Assembly (NCBI GenBank): GCA_017522905.1
Contig: JAFWXY010000122.1
Span: 1-39,439 of the forward strand
Length of the DNA: 39,439 nucleotides
DNA from: Clostridia bacterium
GTDB lineage: Bacteria > Bacillota > Clostridia > Oscillospirales > CAG-272
Direction of reading: 5' to 3'
Made by a program: the position numbers and the translations under genes. Positions 1-8,959 of this stretch are shown piece after piece. The notes under the pieces were generated by a model. That model did not search any database, was not told where the DNA came from, and was given only the letters and a program-made list of their open reading frames with translations. Positions within the stretch are counted from its first letter, which is position 1. Each line of letters opens with the position of its first letter.

Positions 1-131
1 ACTAGATTGGCACCCTCCTTAGCGTATGCCAGCGCGATGCCGTATCCAATAGAGCCTGCCGAACCGTCCTCAAGAGGCTCTGCTCGTCCGCCGCCTGTGA
101 TAATTGCTACCTTGTTTTTCAAAAAGCTCAT
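1..131 (-). CDS. Short-chain dehydrogenase/reductase-like protein, N-terminal fragment (gene continues off the left edge)
   Basis: The reverse complement from ATG at 131 reads MSFLKNKVAIITGGGRAEPLEDGSAGSIGYGIALAYAKEGANL. This is a Rossmann-type Gly-rich TGGG...G.G N-terminus. The gene is truncated by the window. Confidence 0.55.
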   Translation of the reverse strand, partial: MSFLKNKVAIITGGGRAEPLEDGSAGSIGYGIALAYAKEGANL

Positions 132-341
132 TTTACGTCTCCTTTGTATTGTTTTTTTGCTCGCCGCATAAATAGGGGCGATGAATATGCAAAAAGCCTA
201 TGCCTTTGCTCATATTTTAATTATATCATAACCGATATGTGCTGTCAATCACCGTGTTTTCGTTTTTTTATTAAAAATTAACTTTTTATAGTCTGAAAAC
301 AATGAAAAACGCCTTTATTTATAAAACTTTTTGAAAACCTC

Positions 342-370
342 TTGACAAGACGAATGTATAATTGTATAAT
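342..370 (+). promoter_or_regulatory. Sigma-70/SigA-type promoter of the citrate synthase operon
   Basis: TTGACA at 342-347, exactly 17 nt of spacer, TATAAT at 365-370. It lies about 90 nt upstream of the preferred GTG start at 460. Confidence 0.6.
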
Positions 371-380
371 TGTATACAAT
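369..380. promoter_or_regulatory. Perfect 12-bp palindrome ATTGTATACAAT, candidate GntR-family operator
   Basis: The sequence is its own reverse complement. It has the T.GT...AC.A core typical of GntR/FadR operators and overlaps the -10 and the start-site region. It is preceded by two direct TGTATAAT units at 355-370. A GntR regulator is encoded inside the same operon. Confidence 0.45.
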
Positions 381-459
381 TCTTGATGTTGCAAAAACAG
401 AGATATTTGCAACTGATAATCCGAATATAACGAAAAAGAAACAAAAAGGAGAGAAAACA

Positions 460-1836
460 GTGCTTGAGATATCGAATAAAACCAACCTGCTTGAGCAGAA
501 GCAGTATCGCTATCAGCTACAGGACGTAGAGGAGCCTAATCTTTACAGAGATATATACGATTACGAGTCGGTGCCGAAGGTTGCGTTCAACCACCGCCGT
601 GTACCGATAAATATGCCCGAGGAGATCTGGATAACCGACACCTCGTTCAGAGACGGACAGCAGTCGGTCAATCCCTATACGGTCGAGCAGATCGTAAATC
701 TCTATAAGCTTATGTCGAGGCTTGGCGGTCCTTACGGAATAATCAGGCAGACTGAATTTTTCATTTACAGCCAAAAGGACAGGGAGGCAATCGAAAAATG
801 CCGTGAGCTTGGACTTCGCTTTCCCGAAATAACCACCTGGATAAGAGCCTCGAGAGAGGATTTTAAGCTTGTGCGTGACCTTGGAATACGCGAAACGGGT
901 ATTCTCGTCAGCTGTAGTGATTATCACATTTTTAAGAAGATGAAGATGAGCCGCAGTGAGTGCATGAAAAAGTATCTTGAGACGGTATATGATGCATTCG
1001 AGGCGGGCGTTATGCCAAGATGTCACCTTGAGGATATCACCAGAGCAGATTTTTACGGATTTGTCGTTCCCTTTGTAAACGAGCTTATGAAAATGTCAAA
1101 AGACGCAGGGATTCCCGTTAAGATCCGCGCGTGTGATACAATGGGCTACGGTGTACCCTATACAGAGGCTGCACTCCCGAGAAGCGTTGCCGGTATCATT
1201 TACGGATTGCAGCACTACTCCGACGTTGAAAGCGAGATGCTGGAATGGCACGGCCACAACGATTTCTACAAGGCGGTAGCAAACGCGAGCACAGCATGGC
1301 TTTACGGCGCGAGCGCAGTCAACTGCTCCTTGCTGGGAATTGGCGAGAGAACGGGAAACATTCCGCTTGAGGCGATGGTATTTGAATACGCGTCGCTTCG
1401 CGGCTCGCTTGACGGTATGGATACGACGGCTATTACCGACATAGCCAACTATTTCAGCGAGGAGATGGGATATAAGATACCGCCCATGACACCCTTCGTA
1501 GGCAGAGATTTCAACGTTACGCGTGCCGGAATCCATGCCGACGGACTTTTGAAGGACGAGGAAATATACAACATCTTCAATACAAGGAAAATACTGAACC
1601 GTTCGGCGGGCGTTCAGGTAAGTAAAACCTCGGGACTTGCAGGGATCGCCTATTGGATCAACGAAAACTACAAGCTCACGGAATCCGAGCGCGTTGACAA
1701 GAAGGACGACGTCGTTGTTAAAATGAAGGAATGGATAGATAAGGAATACGAGGGCGGCAGAGTTGCGGCTATGTCGACGTACGAGCTTGAGACCAAGCTT
1801 GAGGAGCTGTCGCAGGGCAGATTTAAACGAATTTAA
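460..1836 (+). CDS. HMGL-like / 2-isopropylmalate-homocitrate synthase family enzyme, probably Re-face citrate synthase
   Basis: It has the motifs ITDTSFRDGQQS and EWHGHNDF of the DRE-TIM metallolyase (IPMS/homocitrate synthase) family. It sits directly upstream of aconitase and isocitrate dehydrogenase. The ORF track starts at a TTG at 370, but an in-frame GTG at 460 has an AAAGGAGAG RBS at 446-454, so 460 is preferred. Confidence 0.8.
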   Translation: MLEISNKTNLLEQKQYRYQLQDVEEPNLYRDIYDYESVPKVAFNHRRVPINMPEEIWITDTSFRDGQQSVNPYTVEQIVNLYKLMSRLGGPYGIIRQTEFFIYSQKDREAIEKCRELGLRFPEITTWIRASREDFKLVRDLGIRETGILVSCSDYHIFKKMKMSRSECMKKYLETVYDAFEAGVMPRCHLEDITRADFYGFVVPFVNELMKMSKDAGIPVKIRACDTMGYGVPYTEAALPRSVAGIIYGLQHYSDVESEMLEWHGHNDFYKAVANASTAWLYGASAVNCSLLGIGERTGNIPLEAMVFEYASLRGSLDGMDTTAITDIANYFSEEMGYKIPPMTPFVGRDFNVTRAGIHADGLLKDEEIYNIFNTRKILNRSAGVQVSKTSGLAGIAYWINENYKLTESERVDKKDDVVVKMKEWIDKEYEGGRVAAMSTYELETKLEELSQGRFKRI

Positions 1837-1854
1837 TTAATCGGAGATGGGGAA

Positions 1855-2523
1855 ATGACATTAAACAGCGAACACAAGATAGTATCTTTGGCTGATCAGG
1901 TATTTGAGAAGCTTGAGCATGATATTCTGGTTGGAAATTACCGCAAGGGAGAGGTCTTTACCGAGCTTAAGCTTGCCGAGATCCTTGGAGTGAGCAGAAC
2001 TCCTGTCAGGGAAGCACTCCGCAGACTTGAGCAGGAGGGCATTATAAAGATGTCGACCAAGGGCGCGGTCATTGTCGGCATTTCGACGGAGGATATTTCG
2101 GACATATATGAAATGAGAATACGAATCGAGGGCTATGCGGCGCGTCTGGCGGCAGAGAGGGCAAGCGACGAGGAAATCAAGGAGCTCTTTGATGTGGTTG
2201 ACCTTCAGGAGTTCTATATAATAAAGGGTGACAACGACCAAACGATAGCGTGTGACAGCAATTTCCACAGCGTGCTTTACAGAATGTCGAGTAGCATGCC
2301 CGTGCATTCCACACTTTCGGAGCTGCACAAAAAGATAGTAAAATTCCGCAAGGCATCGATCGAGCAGAGCGAGAGAGCCAAAAAGTCACTCGGTGAGCAT
2401 AAGGCGATCTGTGGCGCGATAGCCTCGCACAACGGAGATCTTGCGGAGGAGCTTACGGTGGCACACATAATCAACGCGCGCGATAATATTATGCAGAAGA
2501 TCGCAGAGGGGCAGACAAAATAA
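1855..2523 (+). CDS. GntR-family transcriptional regulator (FadR-like, C-terminal FCD-type all-helical domain)
   Basis: The N-terminal winged HTH reads ELKLAEILGVSRTPVREALRRLEQEGII. The rest is a helical C-terminal domain. RBS GGAGATGGGGAA precedes the ATG. Confidence 0.85.
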   Translation: MTLNSEHKIVSLADQVFEKLEHDILVGNYRKGEVFTELKLAEILGVSRTPVREALRRLEQEGIIKMSTKGAVIVGISTEDISDIYEMRIRIEGYAARLAAERASDEEIKELFDVVDLQEFYIIKGDNDQTIACDSNFHSVLYRMSSSMPVHSTLSELHKKIVKFRKASIEQSERAKKSLGEHKAICGAIASHNGDLAEELTVAHIINARDNIMQKIAEGQTK

Positions 2524-2535
2524 GAGGTAAAGGTC

Positions 2536-4464
2536 ATGGGACTTACAATAGCACAAAAAATAATAAAAGAGCATCTGATCTCCGGTGAGATGAAGCCGGG
2601 CAGTGAGATCGCGCTCAAAATAGATCAGACCCTGACTCAGGATGCCACGGGAACGATGGCATACTTAGAGTTTGAGGCGATAGGAATTCCGAGAGTACGT
2701 ACCGAGCTTTCGGTGGCGTATATAGACCACAACACCCTGCAGTCGGGCTTTGAAAACGCCGACGACCACAGATACATACAGTCGGTCGCAAAGAAATTCG
2801 GGCTTCGTTTTTCACGCCCCGGCAACGGTATCTGCCACCAGGTTCATCTGGAGCGATTCGGAGTGCCCGGAAAGACACTTATCGGCTCGGATAGCCACAC
2901 ACCCACGGGCGGAGGTATCGGTATGCTTGCTTTTGGCGCGGGCGGTATGGACGTTGCGGTTGCAATGGGCGGCGGAGCGTATTACATCACGATGCCGAAA
3001 ATGTATAAGGTCAACCTTACGGGTAAGCTTCGCCCGTGGGTCAGCGCAAAGGACGTAAGCCTTGAGATCCTTCGGATCCTCTCTGTAAAGGGCGGAGTCG
3101 GGGCGATAATTGAGTGGGGCGGTGATGGAATCAAAACTCTTTCGGTTCCCGAGCGAGCAACTATCACCAATATGGGAACAGAGCTTGGCGCGACCACGTC
3201 GATCTTTCCGTCAGACGAGATAACAAAAGCCTTTTTGGAGGCAGAGGGCAGAGGAGACGCGTATATTCCGCTCTCATCCGACCCCGACGCGGTCTATGAC
3301 AGAATAATCGATATTGATCTATCAGAGCTTGAGCCGCTCATGGCTTGTCCGCACAGCCCCGATAATATAAAGAGAGCAAGCGAGCTTTCGCACGTGAAGG
3401 TGAATCAGGTGTGCATCGGCTCCTGCACAAACTCTTCTTTAAGAGATATGCTGAGGGTTGCGGCGATCCTCAAGGGCAAGAAAATTTCAGACTCGGTAAG
3501 CCTTTCGGTCTCTCCGGGATCCAAGCAGGTGCTTTCAATGCTTGCCGATTGCGGCGCGCTTTCCGATATTATTGCATCGGGAGCGAGAGTGCTTGAATGT
3601 GCGTGCGGTCCTTGTATAGGAATGGGCTTTTCGCCTGAATCGGGCGGCGTATCGCTGCGTACCTTTAACCGCAATTTTGAGGGAAGAAGCGGCACTCGCG
3701 ACGCGGGCGTTTACCTTGTTTCTCCCGAGATAGCGGCGGCAAGTGCGATCACGGGATACATCACGGACCCAAGAGAGCTTGGCGAATATCCCGAGATCGA
3801 GATGCCCGATTGCTTCAAGATCGACGACAGCGCGGTAATAGAGCCTGCAGAGGAGAGAGAAGCAGAATCTCTTCCCATTCTTCGAGGACCAAATATAAAG
3901 CCTTTCCCCGAAACCAGACCGCTTGATAATAATATCAAGGCAAGTCTTACCTTAAAGGTAGGCGACAATATAACGACAGACCATATTATGCCCGCGGGCG
4001 CAAAGATACTTCCTTACCGCTCCAACATTCCGTATCTTTCAAAATTCTGCTTTGGCGTTTGTGACGAGAGCTTCCCCGAGAGAGCCTTGGCGGCAGGCGA
4101 GAGTATCATTCTCGGCGGCGTGAACTACGGTCAGGGCTCCTCGCGTGAGCATGCGGCACTCGTTCCGCTTTATCTCGGAGTTCGAGCGGTAATTGCCAAG
4201 AGCTTTGCGAGAATACACGCGGCAAATCTTATAAATGCGGGAATTATCCCCCTGACGCTTGATGATCCCGATGACTACGACGAATTATCACAGGGCGACG
4301 CTCTTGAGCTTTGCGACGTGTTCTCGGCTCTTGAGAGCGGCAGAATGACCGTTAAGAATAACACTACCGGGAAGCAATATACCGCTATGGGCGAGTTCTC
4401 GGAAAGACAAAGAGGAATACTTTTAGCAGGCGGACTTCTTCCGTACACCAAAACCAACCGATAA
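2536..4464 (+). CDS. Aconitate hydratase (about 640-aa clostridial type)
   Basis: Fe-S ligand and substrate motifs are GSDSHTPTGG, IGSCTNSS and CGPCIGMG. The swivel-domain motif is NYGQGSSREHAA. Confidence 0.9.
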   Translation: MGLTIAQKIIKEHLISGEMKPGSEIALKIDQTLTQDATGTMAYLEFEAIGIPRVRTELSVAYIDHNTLQSGFENADDHRYIQSVAKKFGLRFSRPGNGICHQVHLERFGVPGKTLIGSDSHTPTGGGIGMLAFGAGGMDVAVAMGGGAYYITMPKMYKVNLTGKLRPWVSAKDVSLEILRILSVKGGVGAIIEWGGDGIKTLSVPERATITNMGTELGATTSIFPSDEITKAFLEAEGRGDAYIPLSSDPDAVYDRIIDIDLSELEPLMACPHSPDNIKRASELSHVKVNQVCIGSCTNSSLRDMLRVAAILKGKKISDSVSLSVSPGSKQVLSMLADCGALSDIIASGARVLECACGPCIGMGFSPESGGVSLRTFNRNFEGRSGTRDAGVYLVSPEIAAASAITGYITDPRELGEYPEIEMPDCFKIDDSAVIEPAEEREAESLPILRGPNIKPFPETRPLDNNIKASLTLKVGDNITTDHIMPAGAKILPYRSNIPYLSKFCFGVCDESFPERALAAGESIILGGVNYGQGSSREHAALVPLYLGVRAVIAKSFARIHAANLINAGIIPLTLDDPDDYDELSQGDALELCDVFSALESGRMTVKNNTTGKQYTAMGEFSERQRGILLAGGLLPYTKTNR

Positions 4465-4475
4465 AGAGGAACAAT

Positions 4476-5678
4476 ATGTCAAAGATAGAGATGACGACGC
4501 CGCTAGTTGAAATGGACGGCGATGAAATGACGAGAATACTTTGGAAGATGATCAAGGACGAGCTTATTCTCCCTTTCGTTGATCTGAAATCCGAGTATTA
4601 CGATCTCTCGCTTGAAAACAGAGATGCTACCGACGATCTTGTAACGGTTCAGGCGGCAGAGGCAAATAAAAAATACGGCGTGTCGGTAAAATGCGCCACG
4701 ATTACTCCCAATAAGCAAAGGGTTGAGGAATACAACCTCAAGAAAATGTGGAAGAGCCCCAACGGAACCATCAGAGCTATCCTTGACGGCACGGTGTTCC
4801 GAGCCCCGATACTTATAGATTCAATTAAGCCCGCTGTGAGAAATTGGAAGGAGCCTATCACCATCGCGCGTCACGCATACGGTGATGTATACAAGGCGAC
4901 CGAGCTGAGAGTCACCGAGAAAGGAAAGGCGGAGCTTGTTTTTACAAACGAGCAGGGTGAGGAGACATATCGCGAGACGGTATACAACTTTGAGTGCGCA
5001 GGTGTGCTTCAGGGACAGTACAACAAGGATTCCTCCATCCGTTCCTTTGCCCATTCCTGCTTCAAATATGCTCTTGCCACAAAGCAGGATCTTTGGTTTT
5101 CCACCAAGGATACTATCTCCAAGCAGTACGACCAGACCTTTAAGCTCATCTTTGAGGAGATATACGAGTCCGACTACAAATCCGACTTTGAGTCTGCCGG
5201 GATCGAGTATTTCTATACTCTTATCGACGACGCGGTGGCAAGAGTGATCCGCAGTAAGGGTGGATTCATCTGGGCGTGCAAAAACTACGACGGCGACGTT
5301 ATGAGCGATATGGTTTCGACCGCATTCGGCTCGCTTGCCATGATGACGAGCGTGCTGGTATCTCCCGATGGGAACTACGAGTACGAGGCGGCGCACGGAA
5401 CGGTCACGCGCCATTATTACAGATATCTTAAGGGCGAGGAGACATCTACTAACCCTATGGCGACTATATTTGCTTGGTCGGGCGCGCTATACAAGCGTGG
5501 CGAGCTTGACGGACTTGATGAGCTTTGTGACTTTGCAAAGCGACTTGAAGCTGCATGTATCAGAACCCTCGATGACGGTATTATGACAAAGGACCTTGTT
5601 GGCCTTGTCAGCGATGGAACGAAGGCAGTAGCGGTGAATTCACATGAATTTATTAAGGCCATCCGCCAAAGAATGTAA
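4476..5678 (+). CDS. icd: NADP-dependent isocitrate dehydrogenase (about 400-aa homodimeric, eukaryote-like subfamily)
   Basis: The N-terminus reads PLVEMDGDEMTRILW. Also present are KCATITP, SPNGTIR and DGDVMSD. Length and sequence are typical of the IDH1/2-like subfamily. Confidence 0.9.
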   Translation: MSKIEMTTPLVEMDGDEMTRILWKMIKDELILPFVDLKSEYYDLSLENRDATDDLVTVQAAEANKKYGVSVKCATITPNKQRVEEYNLKKMWKSPNGTIRAILDGTVFRAPILIDSIKPAVRNWKEPITIARHAYGDVYKATELRVTEKGKAELVFTNEQGEETYRETVYNFECAGVLQGQYNKDSSIRSFAHSCFKYALATKQDLWFSTKDTISKQYDQTFKLIFEEIYESDYKSDFESAGIEYFYTLIDDAVARVIRSKGGFIWACKNYDGDVMSDMVSTAFGSLAMMTSVLVSPDGNYEYEAAHGTVTRHYYRYLKGEETSTNPMATIFAWSGALYKRGELDGLDELCDFAKRLEAACIRTLDDGIMTKDLVGLVSDGTKAVAVNSHEFIKAIRQRM

Positions 5679-5690
5679 ATAAAAGAAAGA

Positions 5691-5726
5691 CGGCTCGCGT
5701 GATCGTCACGCGAGCCGTTATTTTGC
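5691..5726 (+). terminator. Rho-independent terminator of the citrate synthase-acn-icd operon
   Basis: Hairpin CGGCTCGCGTGA-TCG-TCACGCGAGCCG at 5691-5717, followed by TTATTTTGCTTTTT. Confidence 0.75.
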
Positions 5727-5804
5727 TTTTTCGTATCAAAACATTTTCCTCCCGTGGGGCATATAATGTCTTATGACCGATAACGGTCAAAAGGGGGGAG
5801 CAAA

Positions 5805-6452
5805 ATGACAACAAGCAAAATGACAACAGCCGAAAGACGGTATCTTGCAGATATATTTTCGCGGTGTATAGACACAGAGTACTTTACGGTAGAAAACGGA
5901 GGAAGCTTTTCGTTAGAGCGGGAAGGCAATCGTCTTTACGTTTTTTTTGAAAAGAGCGACGGGGCGGTTGATTGGGAAAATAATTTTGATTTTCCTGCCG
6001 AGGAGTTGCGCAGAGAATGTGCGAGAGAGTGCGAGTCGTGGTATGCTCACGGAGGATTTCTTCGAGTGTGGCGGAGTGTTTTACCTTATATAGAGGGGGC
6101 TCTCCTTGATCTTGGTATGCGCGAGATTGTTTCGGTAGGATACAGTCACGGTGCGGCGCTTGCCCTGCTTTGTCACGAGCATATCTGGTATAACCGACCT
6201 GATATCAGGTCAGGTATCTCGGGATACGGATTTGGTTGCCCGAGGGTTGTTTGGGGCAAGGTGCCTTCCGTGAAGGAGCGTTGGGAAAGCTTTTACCGCA
6301 TCAAGAATTATGATGATATAGTCACCCATCTCCCGCCGCGTGCATTTGGCTTCAGACACGTAGGCGGGGAGATAAATATAGGCAGGCAAGGCAGATACTC
6401 AAGGGTTGATGCGCACAGAGCGGAAAATTACATAAAAGAGCTTGAGACGTAG
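5805..6452 (+). CDS. Lipase class 3-like alpha/beta hydrolase
   Basis: It has the nucleophile-elbow motif VGYSHGAALA (GxSxG) and a downstream DDIVTHLPP. This is typical of the Lipase_3 family. RBS GGGGGGAG. Confidence 0.6.
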   Translation: MTTSKMTTAERRYLADIFSRCIDTEYFTVENGGSFSLEREGNRLYVFFEKSDGAVDWENNFDFPAEELRRECARECESWYAHGGFLRVWRSVLPYIEGALLDLGMREIVSVGYSHGAALALLCHEHIWYNRPDIRSGISGYGFGCPRVVWGKVPSVKERWESFYRIKNYDDIVTHLPPRAFGFRHVGGEINIGRQGRYSRVDAHRAENYIKELET

Positions 6453-6473
6453 ACCTGATGTCCTTCTATCCGC

Positions 6474-6502
6474 TTGACAAAAGGGGAGAAATAGGTTATA
6501 AT
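6474..6502 (+). promoter_or_regulatory. Consensus SigA-type promoter upstream of the 303-aa orphan gene
   Basis: TTGACA at 6474-6479, 17 nt of spacer, TATAAT at 6497-6502. The leader contains the hairpin GCCGAA-GTATT-TTCGGC. Confidence 0.55.
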
Positions 6503-6559
6503 TACAATGCCGAAGTATTTTCGGCTACAAAACGTTAGTGCAAGGAGCGCTTTTAAAAA

Positions 6560-7471
6560 TTGCTTGAGATAATTGACAATATATACGTTTTTGCGCTTTC
6601 GCGTGCGAGATTTGGCGACATAGTTGCCTCAAGAACAAGGACGCGGTCTGTAAAGAGGGATATTTTCTCACAGCTGTCGCTCGCGGAAGAGGAAAAAGAT
6701 TTCCTGATGACCGCCTGGGAGAACAATCGTAACAGGCTAATATGCGTTATGGGCGAAAGAGACGAAAATCCCGTGCCTGTGATTTTGGTAAATAGCCTTT
6801 GCGGGGCGGAAACTCTTGGTCTGGTTGTAGAGCTGCTTGAGTACGATCCCTCGATGCTCAGAAGATCTATTTTGAATTTTGGAGGATACGCGGCGGTATC
6901 GAATGCCATATGTGAAATAATCGAAGGCGACTTTGAATTTGGCACATACGACGACTCGGTCCTTCAATATCTTGACAGCGTAGGCCAGGCGAAGCTTCTT
7001 TCGGAGATTGCCCCTTTTTGCGAGAAGGATATATACGAGGCCTTGCAGGCGATATCCCGTTTTGCCGGTGTGAGAATAGAGGTAAGCGAGGCAGGTGATG
7101 GCGCGTGTGAGGTCGGTATTGCCAAACGGCACTTCGCAGGGAGTGAGGTTTTGGGAATGCTTACGATTCTGGCTTTGTCCGCCAGGGAACACGCCAAGGA
7201 TCGCACTCTGTCGGTCAGGATAAACAGATTTGAGGAGGGAATGACTCTGTCTGTGTCCTTTGTGACAGAGAAAACCGATTTCACAAGGCTTGGGCAATAT
7301 CTGGATGATCTTGCCGATCTTGTTGGCGTAATACACGCCACGGATATGGTGGGTGAGACATTCAGATACCGCATTCTCCCCTACGTTGAGGACGTGTCGC
7401 TTCTCGGGGTCAAGGCACCGGACGATTTGATCGTTGATCTGTGCTTTTTGGGTGTAGATCTTACAGAATAA
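6560..7471 (+). CDS. Hypothetical protein (303 aa as tracked; TTG start uncertain)
   Basis: This is a long ORF with no recognisable motif. An AAGGAG lies 12 nt upstream of the TTG at 6560. Antisense ORFs at the same locus are shorter. Confidence 0.5.
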   Translation: MLEIIDNIYVFALSRARFGDIVASRTRTRSVKRDIFSQLSLAEEEKDFLMTAWENNRNRLICVMGERDENPVPVILVNSLCGAETLGLVVELLEYDPSMLRRSILNFGGYAAVSNAICEIIEGDFEFGTYDDSVLQYLDSVGQAKLLSEIAPFCEKDIYEALQAISRFAGVRIEVSEAGDGACEVGIAKRHFAGSEVLGMLTILALSAREHAKDRTLSVRINRFEEGMTLSVSFVTEKTDFTRLGQYLDDLADLVGVIHATDMVGETFRYRILPYVEDVSLLGVKAPDDLIVDLCFLGVDLTE

Positions 7472-7522
7472 ACATAAAAAAATAATGAAACAATATAATC
7501 ATAAATTGATTGGAGAATAAAA

Positions 7523-7897
7523 ATGGCAAAATACAGACAGGGGAGAATAAACGACGAGTTCCAAAAGGAAGTTGCAATGATACTCAGAGACGTTAAGGAC
7601 CCCAGAGTGTCCGGCGCGTTTATCAGTGTAACTGCGGCAGAGGTTACACCCGACCTTAAGTTTGCAAAGGTATATTATTCTGCACTTATGGGCGACAAAA
7701 AGGAGGTCAAGCGCGGACTTTTGTCAAGCGCGGGCTTTATTCGCGGTCAGATTGCAAGGAGAATGAACCTTCGTATTACTCCCGAGATCACATTCGTTGA
7801 GGATGGCTCGATTGAATACGGAGCGAAAATCTCAAAGATACTCGAGGGAATTACCATTACAGACCCCGACGAGATTGATGGAGAGAATGATGATTGA
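7523..7897 (+). CDS. rbfA: Ribosome-binding factor A
   Basis: The N-terminus MAKYRQGRINDEFQKEVAMILRDVKDPRV and the about 120-aa length are typical of RbfA. Confidence 0.9.
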   Translation: MAKYRQGRINDEFQKEVAMILRDVKDPRVSGAFISVTAAEVTPDLKFAKVYYSALMGDKKEVKRGLLSSAGFIRGQIARRMNLRITPEITFVEDGSIEYGAKISKILEGITITDPDEIDGENDD

Positions 7898-8912
7898 AGA
7901 AAAGATTGAATTTCGAGCACTGTCAATAGACGAAGCGGCGGATAGACTTTGGAGGGCGGATAGAGTACTTATACTCTTTCACGTAAATCCCGACGGAGAT
8001 GCCACGGGCTCTGCTTTTGCGCTTCGCCACACCTTAGAGGCGATAGGCAAGAGAGCGTGGTGCATTTCGCCTACCGAGGTGCCCGAGAGGCTTTTGTTTG
8101 CTATGACTGATACTCAGGGCAGCAGCCTGTGCGAGAGCATACCGTCAGATTTTGTTCCCGATCTTATCGTCAGTGTTGATACCGCGTCTCCCTCTCAGCT
8201 GGGTGCGCTTTACGAGGTCTATAAGGATAAGATCGATCTTATGGTGGATCACCATGCAAAGGGAATAGTCTATGCGGACAATTATATAGTTCCCGGCGCA
8301 TCCTCTTGCGGAGAGGTGCTTTGCGATATTGTTGACATTCTTCTTGACAGGGCGGGAGCGGATATGCCGCACCGCGTATGTGAGCTTATATATACCGCGC
8401 TCAGTGCAGATACGGGATGCTTCAGATACAACAATACGTCCCCGTCGTCGCACACCTTGGCTGCGAGATTGCTCTCGTGCGGAGTGGATACCGCGGATAT
8501 AAATCACAAGCTCTTCGGTATAAAGACACTCAAGCAGATGCAGGTCGAGCATGCGGGCTTTGAAAGAATGAATTTCTATGCAGGCGGACGAATTGCTATG
8601 ATAGCTTTTCCGTACGATCTTAAAAATCAATACGGCGCGACGGATGAAAATCTTGAAACTCTTATTGACGTTGCGCGTTGCGTAAAGGGAGTAGAGGTCG
8701 CCGCGGTCATAAAGCAGCCGACCGAGGAAAACAAGTTCAGAATTTCAATGCGCTCCTCTTGCAATTTCGACGTATCCGAGATCTGCGCGCATTACGGTGG
8801 TGGCGGACATGAGAGAGCCGCGGGCTGTACGGTATCGGCGGACTCGATCTTGGCCGCAGAAATGGCAATGGTAGTTGCTGTTGAGCACAAGATGCAGGAT
8901 GATAAAAAATAA
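7887..8912 (+). CDS. nrnA: DHH/DHHA1-family phosphoesterase (NrnA-like oligoribonuclease / pAp phosphatase)
   Basis: Motifs are HVNPDGDATGS, VDHHAKG and GGGGHERAAG. The tracked start at 7797 overlaps rbfA by 100 nt. ATGs at 7887 and 7890, behind GGAGAGA and overlapping the rbfA stop, are preferred. Confidence 0.8.
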   Translation: MMIEEKIEFRALSIDEAADRLWRADRVLILFHVNPDGDATGSAFALRHTLEAIGKRAWCISPTEVPERLLFAMTDTQGSSLCESIPSDFVPDLIVSVDTASPSQLGALYEVYKDKIDLMVDHHAKGIVYADNYIVPGASSCGEVLCDIVDILLDRAGADMPHRVCELIYTALSADTGCFRYNNTSPSSHTLAARLLSCGVDTADINHKLFGIKTLKQMQVEHAGFERMNFYAGGRIAMIAFPYDLKNQYGATDENLETLIDVARCVKGVEVAAVIKQPTEENKFRISMRSSCNFDVSEICAHYGGGGHERAAGCTVSADSILAAEMAMVVAVEHKMQDDKK

Positions 8913-8920
8913 ATAAAAAA

Positions 8921-8946
8921 CGGATTGCCGCGTGGCAATCCGTTTT
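8921..8946. terminator. Bidirectional rho-independent terminator between convergent genes
   Basis: Hairpin CGGATTGCC-GCGT-GGCAATCCG. It is flanked by an A-run upstream and TTTTG downstream. Confidence 0.75.
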
Positions 8947-8959
8947 GATTTATCTTAAA

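Noticed and set aside
7797-7886. Tracked 5' extension of the DHH phosphoesterase ORF overlapping rbfA by 100 nt
   Set aside because: The extension (MRMARLNTERKSQRYSRELPLQTPTRL) has no family similarity. A start at 7887 or 7890 with GGAGAGA gives the normal N-terminus and the usual stop-start coupling.
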